Positions 44,708 to 54,175 of a stretch of DNA of 64,000 nt are shown piece after piece (the first letter of the stretch is position 1; every line of letters starts with the position of its first letter). This DNA is from an uncultured Clostridia bacterium. Its GTDB lineage: Bacteria; Bacillota; Clostridia; Oscillospirales; Acutalibacteraceae. A program made the translations under genes and the position numbers. The notes beneath the pieces were generated by a model. The model had not been told where the DNA came from and did no database searches. It was given only the letters and a program-made list of their open reading frames with translations. The stretch covers positions 32,087-96,086 of the forward strand of contig CALWVF010000039.1 in assembly GCA_944384925.1 (NCBI GenBank), read 5' to 3'.

Positions 44708-46098
44708 TGAGTTTAATGAATGAGATTACAAAACAAACCAGATTTGAAAGTTATTGCAGAACAGATAAATGTAATAGACAAAAAGTCATACTTGAAACTC
44801 TAGGCAATGAACAGCTTACTGCAAGGGAGATATCTAATAGATTAGGGTATAAAGATTTAAATTATGTAAGACCCAGAATTACAGAACTTTTGCAGAAAGG
44901 TGAAATTTTTATCGTAGGTACCAAAATGGATTATCAAACCAATAGAAACGTTGCAGTATATAGTGTGCAAAAAGATACAGCTAGAAGAAAAACACAAGAC
45001 GAAATTAATATTATAAAAAGTAAGCTTGGTATAGAAAGTCTCTGGTCTTGGTCAAGGTATAAAACCTATAAAGACGATAAATTTACATACTACCTAAAAT
45101 ATATTAAGCAAGTTCCACCAGATAGAGCAGATTCTTTATATGCTCCGCTTGGCAACGTCATACATGAAATTATTGAAAATTATCACAATGGGGAACTAGA
45201 TAAATCTGACTTAGTTGATAGATACAAAGAGAAGTTGTATGAACTCTCATTGTTTGGGTACAAGTTTGACCGAAATAATGAAGAAAAAAATCAAACAATA
45301 CATCAAAAGTATGACGAAAATATCAGTCATTTTTTAAGTAACTACACCAAACCAAACTATAAAACTATATTAGAGAAATTTATATTAACTAAAATAACCC
45401 CTAAAATATACTTTCAAGGTTATATAGACTGTATTCATGCTGTTAAAGATAACAACGGTATAGAAATTTGGATTACTGACTTTAAAACATCTTCACTATA
45501 TAAAGGAGATAAAATAAATGAAATGGCAGGACAGCTCTTGCTCTACGCTATGGCTGTTCATCAAAAATCAGGAATGCCCTATGATAGAATACACATACAA
45601 TTTCATTTTCTAAAATATTTAAAATGCACTATAAGGCAACCATCAGGTAAAACAAAAGAAAGAATATTAGAAAGACATAATTATGTTTATTCATTGTCCT
45701 CCAATATAAGAATGTGGCTTAAAAAATCATCAGAAAAACTAAACGATTTACAAATAGAATTAATGCTCCAAAAAGCTATTGATGAAAACAGTTTAGATAT
45801 TCTTCCCGACGATGTAAGGAATAAATTTATTATCAAAAACTGTTATTTAGAAGTAACTTATAGCAGTCAAGATATATATAAATTAAGGCAAGACATTATA
45901 AGCACAGTCACTGAAATAGAAAATAAAATTTCTTTATGTTCGGCAAGCCTTGATAGTATAGATATATATGAAAAAACCTTTTGGCAAGATGTTACTGATA
46001 AAGAAAGTTTCTTTATGGCTAACCTTTCAGAATATAGTGCTAAACTTCATAAACCTTATTTCGAATACCTCTCTAAGAGAAATCAATCCAATATATAA
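44704..46098 (+). CDS. Winged-helix + PD-(D/E)XK (Cas4/RecB-like) nuclease
   Basis: N-terminal wHTH (LTAREISNRLGYKDLNYVRPRITEL). GYIDCIH...WITDFKTSS...QLLLYAMA motifs. Confidence 0.5.
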   Translation: MMSLMNEITKQTRFESYCRTDKCNRQKVILETLGNEQLTAREISNRLGYKDLNYVRPRITELLQKGEIFIVGTKMDYQTNRNVAVYSVQKDTARRKTQDEINIIKSKLGIESLWSWSRYKTYKDDKFTYYLKYIKQVPPDRADSLYAPLGNVIHEIIENYHNGELDKSDLVDRYKEKLYELSLFGYKFDRNNEEKNQTIHQKYDENISHFLSNYTKPNYKTILEKFILTKITPKIYFQGYIDCIHAVKDNNGIEIWITDFKTSSLYKGDKINEMAGQLLLYAMAVHQKSGMPYDRIHIQFHFLKYLKCTIRQPSGKTKERILERHNYVYSLSSNIRMWLKKSSEKLNDLQIELMLQKAIDENSLDILPDDVRNKFIIKNCYLEVTYSSQDIYKLRQDIISTVTEIENKISLCSASLDSIDIYEKTFWQDVTDKESFFMANLSEYSAKLHKPYFEYLSKRNQSNI

Positions 46099-46127
46099 AA
46101 ACTATAAACAAGAAATGGGGTAACCTT

Positions 46128-49100
46128 ATGAACTATATTGTTTATCACCTTCACACCGAGCTAAGTTTACTTGACAGTTGTACGAATCACAAACTATACA
46201 CAGATAAAGCTAAAGAGCTTGGGCAAAAAGCCATAGCATTTACGGAGCATGGCAACATATACAAATGGATTGAAAAAAAGATGTACTGCGACAAGCAAGG
46301 AATAAAATACCTACATGGGATAGAATGTTATATTACCTTTAATGAAAGCAAAAAAATAAGGGACAATTACCACACAATCCTAATAGCTAAAAATTATAAC
46401 GGTGTTAGGGAAATTAATAAATTAGTAAGTACTGCCTCTTCCCCATCTCATTTTTACTATAAGCCTAGAATAACTGTTAGCGAGTTTTTTAATATTTCAA
46501 GCAACGTAATAAAAATAAGTGCGTGCTTAGCTTCTCCTCTTTCTCACAGAAACGATATAGACTTAGACATATATGATAAACTTTGCAGGCACTATGATTA
46601 TTATGAAATACAACCCCATATAAACAGTGAAAGACAAAAGCAGTATAATCTTTATCTTTTAGACTTATCCAGAAAGTATAATAAGCCGCTTATTGCCGGG
46701 ACTGACACTCATAGCATCAACAATTACAAAGCAGAGTGCAGAAGCATACTCCAAAAGGCAAAACACATAGAGTTTGAAGATGAGGATAATTTTGATTTAA
46801 CATATAAGTCTTATGATGAGCTTGTGGATATGTTCAAAAAGCAAGGTGTCTTACCAAAAGCTGTTTACCTTCAGGCTATAGAAAACACAAATGTAATGGC
46901 AGATAGTATTGAAAACTTTAACCTCGACTTCTCTATGAAATATCCAAAACTATATGATGATGAGGAAAAAGTTTTTAAAGAAAGAATTTTAAGTAAGTGC
47001 GAAGACAAGCTAAAGGCAGGGATTATAAAACCTGACAAACGTTATCTTGAAAATATAAAAGAAGAAATACATGTCTTTAAGAAAATAGGTATGATAGGGT
47101 TTATGTTATTTATGTCTGACTTAATGATATGGTGTAGAGAAAACAATATACCGTGTTCGCCATGCAGAGGGTCAGTTGGTGGAAGTACAATAGCATACAT
47201 TACTGATATAACAGACGTTGACCCTGTTAAGTGGAACACTGTTTTTTCAAGATTTGCAAATGAAGACCGAATTGAAATCGGTGACATTGATATTGATATA
47301 GCACCAAACCAGAGGGACTTTGTTTATCAACATATAATAGATGGCTTTGGACAAGACTACACAGCTTATGTATTAGCAATTGGTACAGTCTCTGATAAAG
47401 GAACGATTGATGAAATTGGTCGAGCTTTAAACATTCCTCTAGAGAAAGTAGCAAGTATAAAAAATGAATACAAAACCGACCCCATTAAGACTAAAAATAA
47501 ATATCCTGATTTATTTTATTACTTTGATGGTCTTATAAATACAGCTGTATCTCAATCTGTTCACCCTGCTGGAATTATTGTCTCTCCTATTACTCTACCT
47601 GACCACTACGGAACTTTTTGGAGTGATAACAAGAAAATTATTTGTATTGATATGGAAGAAGCTCACGAGGTTTCACTAGTAAAATATGATATCCTTGCTC
47701 TAAAGAACATTCAAATTATTAATGAAGCCTGCAAATTAGCAAATATTAAATATCCCCTTGCTCATGAGATTAATTGGAACGATGCAAAGGTTTGGGAACA
47801 CATGCTTATATCTCCTGTTGGCATATTCCAATTTGAGGGTGACTACGCATTTTCACTTCTTAAACAATATGTACCTAATAAAATTAATGACATGTCTTTA
47901 GTTAGTGCTAGTCTTAGACCAAGCGGAGCAAGTTATAGAGACAGGCTTATAGCAAAGCAAACTAATAAAAACCCATCCATACAAATAGATGAGCTTTTAA
48001 AGGATAATAACGGTTTTCTTGTGTTTCAGGAGGACACTATAAAATTCCTAAAAGACATCTGCGGATTAACAGGCAGTGAAGCTGATAACGTAAGACGTGC
48101 AATAGGAAGGAAACAAAAGGACAGATTAGATTCAGCCCTTCCTAGTATTTTAGAAGGGTATTGCAATAAATCTGATAAACCAAAAGAAACAGCAGAAAAA
48201 GAAGTTAAAGAGTTTTTACAAATTATCGAGGACAGTTCAAATTACCAGTTTGGATACAACCATTCCACAGGATATAGTATGTTAGGTTATTTGTGTGCCT
48301 ATATACGATACTATTATCCACTAGAATTTACTACAGCTTATTTAAATTGCTCAAATAGCATAGATGATACAAAAAAAGGCATAGAACTTGCAAAAGTACT
48401 AAACATAAAAGTTCTAGATATTAAATTTAAAAAGTCATCGTCAAAATACACACCCGATAAAAACACAAACACAATATATAAGGGAGTATCAAGCATTAAG
48501 TTTTTAAATGATAATGTTGCTGATGAATTATATAAATTATCAAAAAGTAAAAACTACGATAGCTTTATTGATTTACTTGAAGATATCAATAATAAAACCT
48601 CTTGCAACAGCAAACAGCTTGAAATCCTAATAGCCTTAAATTATTTTTCAGACTTTGGCAGTAATGGTAAGTTACTTGAAATTTATAACCTGTTTAAGAA
48701 CCTATATCACCGAAAGCAATTAAAAATATCAGATATTGATGCTCTTAAAATAGATAACAATATAATAAAACAGTTTTCAAAAGTTCAAACAAGTAAGTTC
48801 TATAAGGATATTGATATAAAAGGTTATCTAAAAGAAATATCAATGAAAATAGAGGATAAATCTCTTCCTATAAAAAAACAGATACAAGCAGAAATGGAGT
48901 ATATAGGTTATCCCTTATCAACTGTTACTAATGCAAAAGATAATTATTTTATCGTCTGTAAGTACAAGGTATTTAAAGACAAGTGTAACCCACATATAAT
49001 GCTCTACAGATTATTAAACGGTGAAACCATCAAAACAAAATTCATAAGCAAAGAAAAGTTTACCTATGCCCCATTTGGTTTATACAGTGTTCTAAAGGTT

Positions 49101-49199
49101 ATAAAGTGGGACAAGCAATATAAAACAAAAAACATAAACGGTAAATGGGTAAAAACAGATGAATTAATTCCTATTCTATCTGAATGGGAAGTTTATTAA
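46128..49199 (+). CDS. DNA polymerase III alpha-type (DnaE-like) replicative polymerase
   Basis: PHP domain (YHLHTELSLLDS, FTEHGN), CRGSVGGSTIAY, GDIDIDIAPNQR, HPAGIIVSP. Confidence 0.9.
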   Translation: MNYIVYHLHTELSLLDSCTNHKLYTDKAKELGQKAIAFTEHGNIYKWIEKKMYCDKQGIKYLHGIECYITFNESKKIRDNYHTILIAKNYNGVREINKLVSTASSPSHFYYKPRITVSEFFNISSNVIKISACLASPLSHRNDIDLDIYDKLCRHYDYYEIQPHINSERQKQYNLYLLDLSRKYNKPLIAGTDTHSINNYKAECRSILQKAKHIEFEDEDNFDLTYKSYDELVDMFKKQGVLPKAVYLQAIENTNVMADSIENFNLDFSMKYPKLYDDEEKVFKERILSKCEDKLKAGIIKPDKRYLENIKEEIHVFKKIGMIGFMLFMSDLMIWCRENNIPCSPCRGSVGGSTIAYITDITDVDPVKWNTVFSRFANEDRIEIGDIDIDIAPNQRDFVYQHIIDGFGQDYTAYVLAIGTVSDKGTIDEIGRALNIPLEKVASIKNEYKTDPIKTKNKYPDLFYYFDGLINTAVSQSVHPAGIIVSPITLPDHYGTFWSDNKKIICIDMEEAHEVSLVKYDILALKNIQIINEACKLANIKYPLAHEINWNDAKVWEHMLISPVGIFQFEGDYAFSLLKQYVPNKINDMSLVSASLRPSGASYRDRLIAKQTNKNPSIQIDELLKDNNGFLVFQEDTIKFLKDICGLTGSEADNVRRAIGRKQKDRLDSALPSILEGYCNKSDKPKETAEKEVKEFLQIIEDSSNYQFGYNHSTGYSMLGYLCAYIRYYYPLEFTTAYLNCSNSIDDTKKGIELAKVLNIKVLDIKFKKSSSKYTPDKNTNTIYKGVSSIKFLNDNVADELYKLSKSKNYDSFIDLLEDINNKTSCNSKQLEILIALNYFSDFGSNGKLLEIYNLFKNLYHRKQLKISDIDALKIDNNIIKQFSKVQTSKFYKDIDIKGYLKEISMKIEDKSLPIKKQIQAEMEYIGYPLSTVTNAKDNYFIVCKYKVFKDKCNPHIMLYRLLNGETIKTKFISKEKFTYAPFGLYSVLKVIKWDKQYKTKNINGKWVKTDELIPILSEWEVY

Positions 49200-49214
49200 A
49201 AAGGCGGTAATAAT

Positions 49215-51260
49215 ATGAATAGCCTCAATATTGAACATAACCATATTCGCTCTTTTCTTTCTTCCATTTCTCTTACTGAAAGTCAAATTAATGAGTTAAC
49301 AAGAGAATATCCTAATATAATTGAGCTTTGCATTGAGGATAGAACTAATGAAATAGACCTATCAAAGCTTTATGGAATAGGTAGTTATATAATAAAAGTC
49401 ATTCAAAGAAAAATTAAAAACAGTTATCCTTTAATTAACATTATGAGTGCATTTGGTGGATTACTTGATTACAGAACATCTAGTTTACTTTATTCTAAGT
49501 ATAAAAGCATTAATGAAATACTTAAAAAGATGTCGGAGAACCCATATAAATGTCTTTGTAGTTTAAATGGTATCTCATTTAAAACCGCTGATACTATTTT
49601 ACTTAATATGTCACGAAGATATGAAACTAACAAAAACAATATGATTTATAAAATAAATCCTAATCTTGAAAAATCATATGATAGGTGTTTGCAGGCATTG
49701 TTGTTTATCCTCTCTGAAAATGAACTGGAGGGAAACACTTGCATTAAAGTCTCTTCTCTAAAGACTAAAGTCTCAAATTTAGTACCTGAATGTAAACACT
49801 TTTTAAAGGAAATTTTAGACGCAGTAAAGCATCCTGAATGTATTTACATAAATGAAGAGCTAGGGACTGTTTCAAGAACAATCACATACAACACAGAAAG
49901 AGAAATCGCAAAGCATATAATAAGCGCACTTAAAATTAAATGTAATACATGGATTATAGATACCTCTAAATATAGAAAACTTGATAATCTCACTCTTACC
50001 GATGAGCAAATTAAAACACTTGATATTGTATGTAAAAATAGTATCTCCATCTTAAACGGCAGTGCAGGAACAGGTAAATCGTCTTCTATTCTGGAACTTA
50101 TAAATCTTTTAAAAGGCAATAGAAAAAGTTTTTTTGTATCTGCTCCAACAGGCAGAGCCGCAAAGGTAATAAGTAATTACACTAAATACCCTGCAAGCAC
50201 AATTCATAAATTACTACAATTTAATCCCTCAACTGATAAATTCAAATACGGTAAGGATAATAAGCTAAACTGCGATATTGTGATAGTTGATGAGATTTCA
50301 ATGTGTGATATCTTTCTATTCAATTCATTGTTAAATGCACTTGACTTTAATAAAACTAAACTACTTCTAATTGGGGATAATGCACAGCTTCCCTCAATAG
50401 GAGCCGGAAATGTAATATATGACCTTATTAACTCTGGTTGCGTACCTATTAATTCTCTTAGTACTGTCTTTCGTATGGATAATGGAGGAATACTTACAGC
50501 CGCAACACATGCCCGCAGTTCTACCCCATTTTTAAAATCTACACACAGTCCCCAAATAATTGGAAATGATGAAAGCTATATATTTATTCCGTCATCTGAA
50601 AATGATACTTTGCAAAAGTTAAAAACAGTGTATAAAAAACTTTTGAGGTTTGGTTATCACCCAAAAGATATATTAATTTTATCAGCTTATAACAAAGGTA
50701 ATTTAGGTACTAATATAATAAATAATTTAATCCAGCCTATAGCAAATAGAAACTGTGCACAAAGAAACAAATATATAACACTTACCTTTAAAGGAAATAA
50801 ACCGAAGTTTTATGAGGGCGATTTAGTTATACAAACCAGAAACAATTATAAAGCTAAAAAAACTTGTACGCATTTACAAGACTGCCAGGATACTGTATTT
50901 ATCCCCAACGGTGAAATTGGATTAATAAAAAGCATTGATGATGGCAACATTACAATAGAATTTGATGAAAATGCAGTGACTTACAGTAGGTCAGAATTAA
51001 ATCAAATTAATCTTGCTTACTCTATTTCCATACATAAAAGTCAAGGGGGTTGTGCAAAAGTAGTTTTATTAATCACACCTAAAAGTCATACATTCATGCT
51101 TAATTCAAACCTCTTGTATGTAGCTATAACAAGAGCTTATCAAAAAGTATTTCATTTTGGAGACCCATTAACTATAAATAGAGCCGTAATGAAAAAAATG
51201 GACTTTAGAAGACAAACTTCTTTACAAGACATTTTATTAGGAATCCATCAAGATATATAA
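49215..51260 (+). CDS. RecD/TraA-family SF1 helicase
   Basis: NGSAGTGKSS, VIVDEISMCD, LIGDNAQLPSIGAG, SIHKSQGG, LLYVAITRAYQKV. Confidence 0.85.
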   Translation: MNSLNIEHNHIRSFLSSISLTESQINELTREYPNIIELCIEDRTNEIDLSKLYGIGSYIIKVIQRKIKNSYPLINIMSAFGGLLDYRTSSLLYSKYKSINEILKKMSENPYKCLCSLNGISFKTADTILLNMSRRYETNKNNMIYKINPNLEKSYDRCLQALLFILSENELEGNTCIKVSSLKTKVSNLVPECKHFLKEILDAVKHPECIYINEELGTVSRTITYNTEREIAKHIISALKIKCNTWIIDTSKYRKLDNLTLTDEQIKTLDIVCKNSISILNGSAGTGKSSSILELINLLKGNRKSFFVSAPTGRAAKVISNYTKYPASTIHKLLQFNPSTDKFKYGKDNKLNCDIVIVDEISMCDIFLFNSLLNALDFNKTKLLLIGDNAQLPSIGAGNVIYDLINSGCVPINSLSTVFRMDNGGILTAATHARSSTPFLKSTHSPQIIGNDESYIFIPSSENDTLQKLKTVYKKLLRFGYHPKDILILSAYNKGNLGTNIINNLIQPIANRNCAQRNKYITLTFKGNKPKFYEGDLVIQTRNNYKAKKTCTHLQDCQDTVFIPNGEIGLIKSIDDGNITIEFDENAVTYSRSELNQINLAYSISIHKSQGGCAKVVLLITPKSHTFMLNSNLLYVAITRAYQKVFHFGDPLTINRAVMKKMDFRRQTSLQDILLGIHQDI

Positions 51261-51282
51261 CAATATGAAAGGACGTATAAAT

Positions 51283-51468
51283 ATGAGTTATCCATGCATT
51301 AAACATTGTGACAAAGACTGTGAGTGTTGCTATGAATGTGTTGAACGTAAAAGTGATATTATTTGCGATTACTGTGAAAGTAAAATTTATGATAAGTATT
51401 ACATGATTAAAGGAGAAATCTATTGTAAAGATTGTTTAGAAGATTTATGTGAAAGGTACATAGACTAA
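51283..51468 (+). CDS. Small Cys-rich zinc-binding protein
   Basis: ATG 51283, 9 nt after AAAGGA. Multiple CxxC pairs (CDKDCECCYECV, CDYCES, CKDCLEDLC). Confidence 0.5.
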   Translation: MSYPCIKHCDKDCECCYECVERKSDIICDYCESKIYDKYYMIKGEIYCKDCLEDLCERYID

Positions 51469-51566
51469 GAAAGAAATAACATAATGGAAACCCTCGAATA
51501 TCTAGTGGATAAATAAAAGATTGAAAACATTTAATAAAACATAAATCTTGTCATGAGAGGTGTGGT

Positions 51567-51962
51567 ATGGAAGCTAGTAACTTTAATAATTTGCCTGAAG
51601 TCTTTAACACTGTATTACTTGCAAAATTTATTGGAGTATCAAGGTCTAAGGTTTATGATATGGTGGTAAAAGATAATCTTCCTCATCTTAAACTAGAAAG
51701 AAAAATTATTATTTTTAAGCAACAATTTATAGACTGGTATATGCATAAGAAAATAACCCCATTTAATAAATTAAAAGTTATAGACAATCTCCCCGAAAGC
51801 TTTAGCATTGATATTTTGCATGATACTCTTAGTATATCTAAAAGCAAAGCCTATAACTTAGTCCGGCTAAAAAACTTTCCCCACTGGAACGTAGGAACAA
51901 GAATTATTATTTTCAAGTCTGAATTTGTTGCTTGGATATCATCTTTCTCACACGCAACATAA
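51567..51962 (+). CDS. Excisionase-type (MerR-like HTH_17) DNA-binding protein with two tandem HTH domains
   Basis: Internal duplication: LLAKFIGVSRSKVYDMVVKDNLPHLKLERKIIIFKQQFIDWY versus ILHDTLSISKSKAYNLVRLKNFPHWNVGTRIIIFKSEFVAWI. Confidence 0.6.
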   Translation: MEASNFNNLPEVFNTVLLAKFIGVSRSKVYDMVVKDNLPHLKLERKIIIFKQQFIDWYMHKKITPFNKLKVIDNLPESFSIDILHDTLSISKSKAYNLVRLKNFPHWNVGTRIIIFKSEFVAWISSFSHAT

Positions 51963-52077
51963 TTTGACACACCAAGACAAAAATCATATTATTAATTTTG
52001 TGATACTATATGTTTTTTTATCTTGGTGTAATTTATGTGTTAGTCTACTAATTGCTAACAAAGGAGTCAATTATATT

Positions 52078-53337
52078 ATGTCAAGAAAAAGGTCAAACAG
52101 AGAAGGAACTATAAATCAAAGAAAAGACGGAAGGTGGGAAGCAAAATATTCAATTGATGGTAAAAGGAAATCAATCTATGCTAAAACTCAAAAAGAAGTA
52201 AGAGCATTATTAAAACAAAAATTGAAAGAACTAGAAGAAGCAGAAGCAAAGGGCTGTAAAAATTATCTAGAAAAAAGTAAAACAACTTTTGGAGAATGGC
52301 TTGATATCTGGCTTGAAGATTTTTGTAGAACTACTGTAAGAGCCTCAACTTATTCTTGGTATGAAACATTTGTTAGAGTTCATATCAAGCCATCTCTTGG
52401 CAATTACAAAATGTGCGATTTAACATCAGAGCATTTACAGCAATTACTTAATGCTAAGAAAAGAACACCCGGTAATGAAAGCGCTGAAAGTACTTTAAGT
52501 AACAGAAGTATTGATGGCTTAAAAAGAGTATTGCGTGCTTCTTTACATCAAGCTAGGATACATGGATATATGTTAGCCAATATAATGGAAGGTGTAAAAA
52601 CTGAAAGAATAGATGATGAAGAAATACACTGCTTATCTAAAGAGCAACATATAAAGCTTCACCAAACGGCAAAAAAATGGCAGAAAGAGTGGCCTGCGGC
52701 TTTTAGTGTACTTGTATCTTTGTACACTGGCATGAGGAAAGGTGAAATTCTTGGTCTTAGGTGGTGTGACGTATCATTAGACCCAGTCAGACCTTATATC
52801 CATGTAAAACACACTTTATCAAGACATAAAAACATGGATAAAAATAGTGATAAAAAGACTGTCAGGGAACTATGTCCAACTAAGACAAAACGTTCAAAAA
52901 GAATTATCCCTATTGTCACAGAGCTTTATAAAGATTTTGTTGAATATGAAAAATCACAAATAGAATTAAAATCTAAACATGGTATTGAACATAAAGAAAC
53001 TGATTTTGTTTTTCAAAGTAATGCATTTAAAGAATTTGAACCTCGTAGATTCTATGATAAATATTGTAAAATTCTTGAAGATGCAGGTATATCAGAAGCA
53101 GATTTTCACACATTAAGGCACACTTTTGCAACTAGGGCAACTGAACTTAGTATGGACATTAATTCCTTATCCTCTGTGTTAGGACATGCAAAAAAATCGA
53201 CCACAGTAAACATGTACTGTCATGATTTTGAGGAACAAAAGGAACTAAGCATGAAAAGGATTTTTTATATTAATTCTGATATCCTTGAAAATGGAAATGA
53301 TAATAATTACAGCAGAAATCATCTAACTGTAGTCTAA
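52078..53337 (+). CDS. int: Tyrosine integrase (prophage integrase)
   Basis: ATG 52078 after AAGGAG; the track start at 51925 is an upstream extension. MSRKRSNREGTINQRKDGRWEAKYSIDGKRKS arm-binding N-terminus. LYTGMRKGE, HTLRHTFAT, LGHAKKSTTVNMYCH. Confidence 0.9.
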   Translation: MSRKRSNREGTINQRKDGRWEAKYSIDGKRKSIYAKTQKEVRALLKQKLKELEEAEAKGCKNYLEKSKTTFGEWLDIWLEDFCRTTVRASTYSWYETFVRVHIKPSLGNYKMCDLTSEHLQQLLNAKKRTPGNESAESTLSNRSIDGLKRVLRASLHQARIHGYMLANIMEGVKTERIDDEEIHCLSKEQHIKLHQTAKKWQKEWPAAFSVLVSLYTGMRKGEILGLRWCDVSLDPVRPYIHVKHTLSRHKNMDKNSDKKTVRELCPTKTKRSKRIIPIVTELYKDFVEYEKSQIELKSKHGIEHKETDFVFQSNAFKEFEPRRFYDKYCKILEDAGISEADFHTLRHTFATRATELSMDINSLSSVLGHAKKSTTVNMYCHDFEEQKELSMKRIFYINSDILENGNDNNYSRNHLTVV

Positions 53338-53383
53338 TTGTCGTCAAGTTATTTTATCTTATTGTCGTCAAAATTGTCGTCAA
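53337..53383 (+). repeat. Three direct copies of ATTGTCGTCAA (candidate integrase arm-type sites)
   Basis: Copies at 53337-53347, 53361-53371 and 53373-53383, immediately after the int stop codon. Confidence 0.6.
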
Positions 53384-53520
53384 AACTCAAAAATTTAAAC
53401 TTTTAAAGGCAAATTTGGTATTAGTCTTATCCCTAATTTAAACAAAAACATACATATTAATCCAAATCTTGCAAACAGTAAAAACTGCACCACAATGCGA
53501 TTCATACACATTACGACAAC

Positions 53521-53547
53521 AAAAAACGCTCGGTAATACCGAACGTT
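53521..53547 (-). terminator. Rho-independent terminator of the tRNA operon
   Basis: Minus strand: AACGTTCGG-TATT-ACCGAGCGTT followed by T6, 5 nt after the tRNA-Lys CCA end. Confidence 0.7.
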
Positions 53548-53552
53548 TATTA

Positions 53553-53628
53553 TGGTGAGCCATCGGGGATTCGAACCCCGGACACCTTGATTAAAAGTCA
53601 AGTGCTCTGCCAACTGAGCTAATGGCTC
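53553..53628 (-). tRNA. tRNA-Lys (anticodon UUU)
   Basis: GAGCCATTAGCTCAGTTGGCAGAGCACTTGACTTTTAATCAAG...GGTTCGAATCC...GGCTCACCA. Full cloverleaf, CCA encoded. Confidence 0.9.
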
Positions 53629-53712
53629 ATATTTACTTTTAAAAATAAACTTTAATACAAATTAATTAAGAATAATAAATATATGTACATTCTCAAAATG
53701 CACCTTTTTAAG

Positions 53713-53788
53713 TGGCTGGGATGGCTGGATTCGAACCAGCGCAATGACGGAGTCAAAGTCCGTTGCCTTACCGCTTGGCTACATCCCA
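53713..53788 (-). tRNA. tRNA-Gln (anticodon UUG)
   Basis: TGGGATGTAGCCAAGCGGTAAGGCAACGGACTTTGACTCCGT...GGTTCGAATCC...CCCAGCCA. Confidence 0.9.
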
Positions 53789-53826
53789 ACATATAATCAA
53801 ATTAAAATCCAATTACCTTTAGAACA

Positions 53827-53904
<78 letters not shown>

Positions 53905-53907
53905 ATA

Positions 53908-53984
53908 TGGCGCGCCAGAAGGGACTCGAACCCCTGGCCTACTGCTTAGAAGGCAGTTGCTCTATCCAGCTGAGCTACTGGCGC
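53908..53984 (-). tRNA. tRNA-Arg (anticodon UCU)
   Basis: GCGCCAGTAGCTCAGCTGGATAGAGCAACTGCCTTCTAAGCAGT...GGTTCGAGTCC...GGCGCGCCA. Confidence 0.9.
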
Positions 53985-54025
53985 AAATACAACTAACCAG
54001 CTTGTACTTTTACCTGATTAATTAA

Positions 54026-54099
54026 TGGAGCGGGTGATGGGAATCGAACCCACGCGACCAGCTTGGAAGGCTGGAGTTCTACCATTGAACTACACCCGC
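54026..54099 (-). tRNA. tRNA-Gly (anticodon UCC)
   Basis: GCGGGTGTAGTTCAATGGTAGAACTCCAGCCTTCCAAGCTGG...GGTTCGATTCC...CCCGCTCCA. Confidence 0.9.
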
Positions 54100-54175
54100 A
54101 TATCAACGACGTGTTATATAATACCATATAACTCATCGTTTTGTCAACACCTTTTTGAAAAATTTTTTCTTTTTT

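Larger units (their letters stand above)
1..53390. mobile_element. Prophage, right-hand ~53 kb (left end outside window); SPbeta-like gene content; ends with tyrosine integrase next to tRNA-Lys
   Basis: Contiguous phage modules: terminase/portal/capsid/tail (minus), replication genes (plus), Xis-like + integrase at 51.6-53.3 kb abutting a tRNA cluster. Host housekeeping genes appear only after 54.1 kb. The exact att boundary (somewhere in 53338-53552) cannot be fixed from this window. Confidence 0.85.

Noticed and set aside
51925-52077. 51-codon N-terminal extension of the integrase ORF in the track
   Set aside because: The extension is hydrophobic junk overlapping the Xis-like gene. A good AAGGAG SD precedes ATG 52078, which gives the canonical MSRKRSNREGTI integrase N-terminus.
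53395-53613. 72-aa minus-strand ORF
   Set aside because: It is read straight through tRNA-Lys and the tRNA-operon terminator. Its 'start' TTG is nucleotides 16-18 of the tRNA. Spurious.
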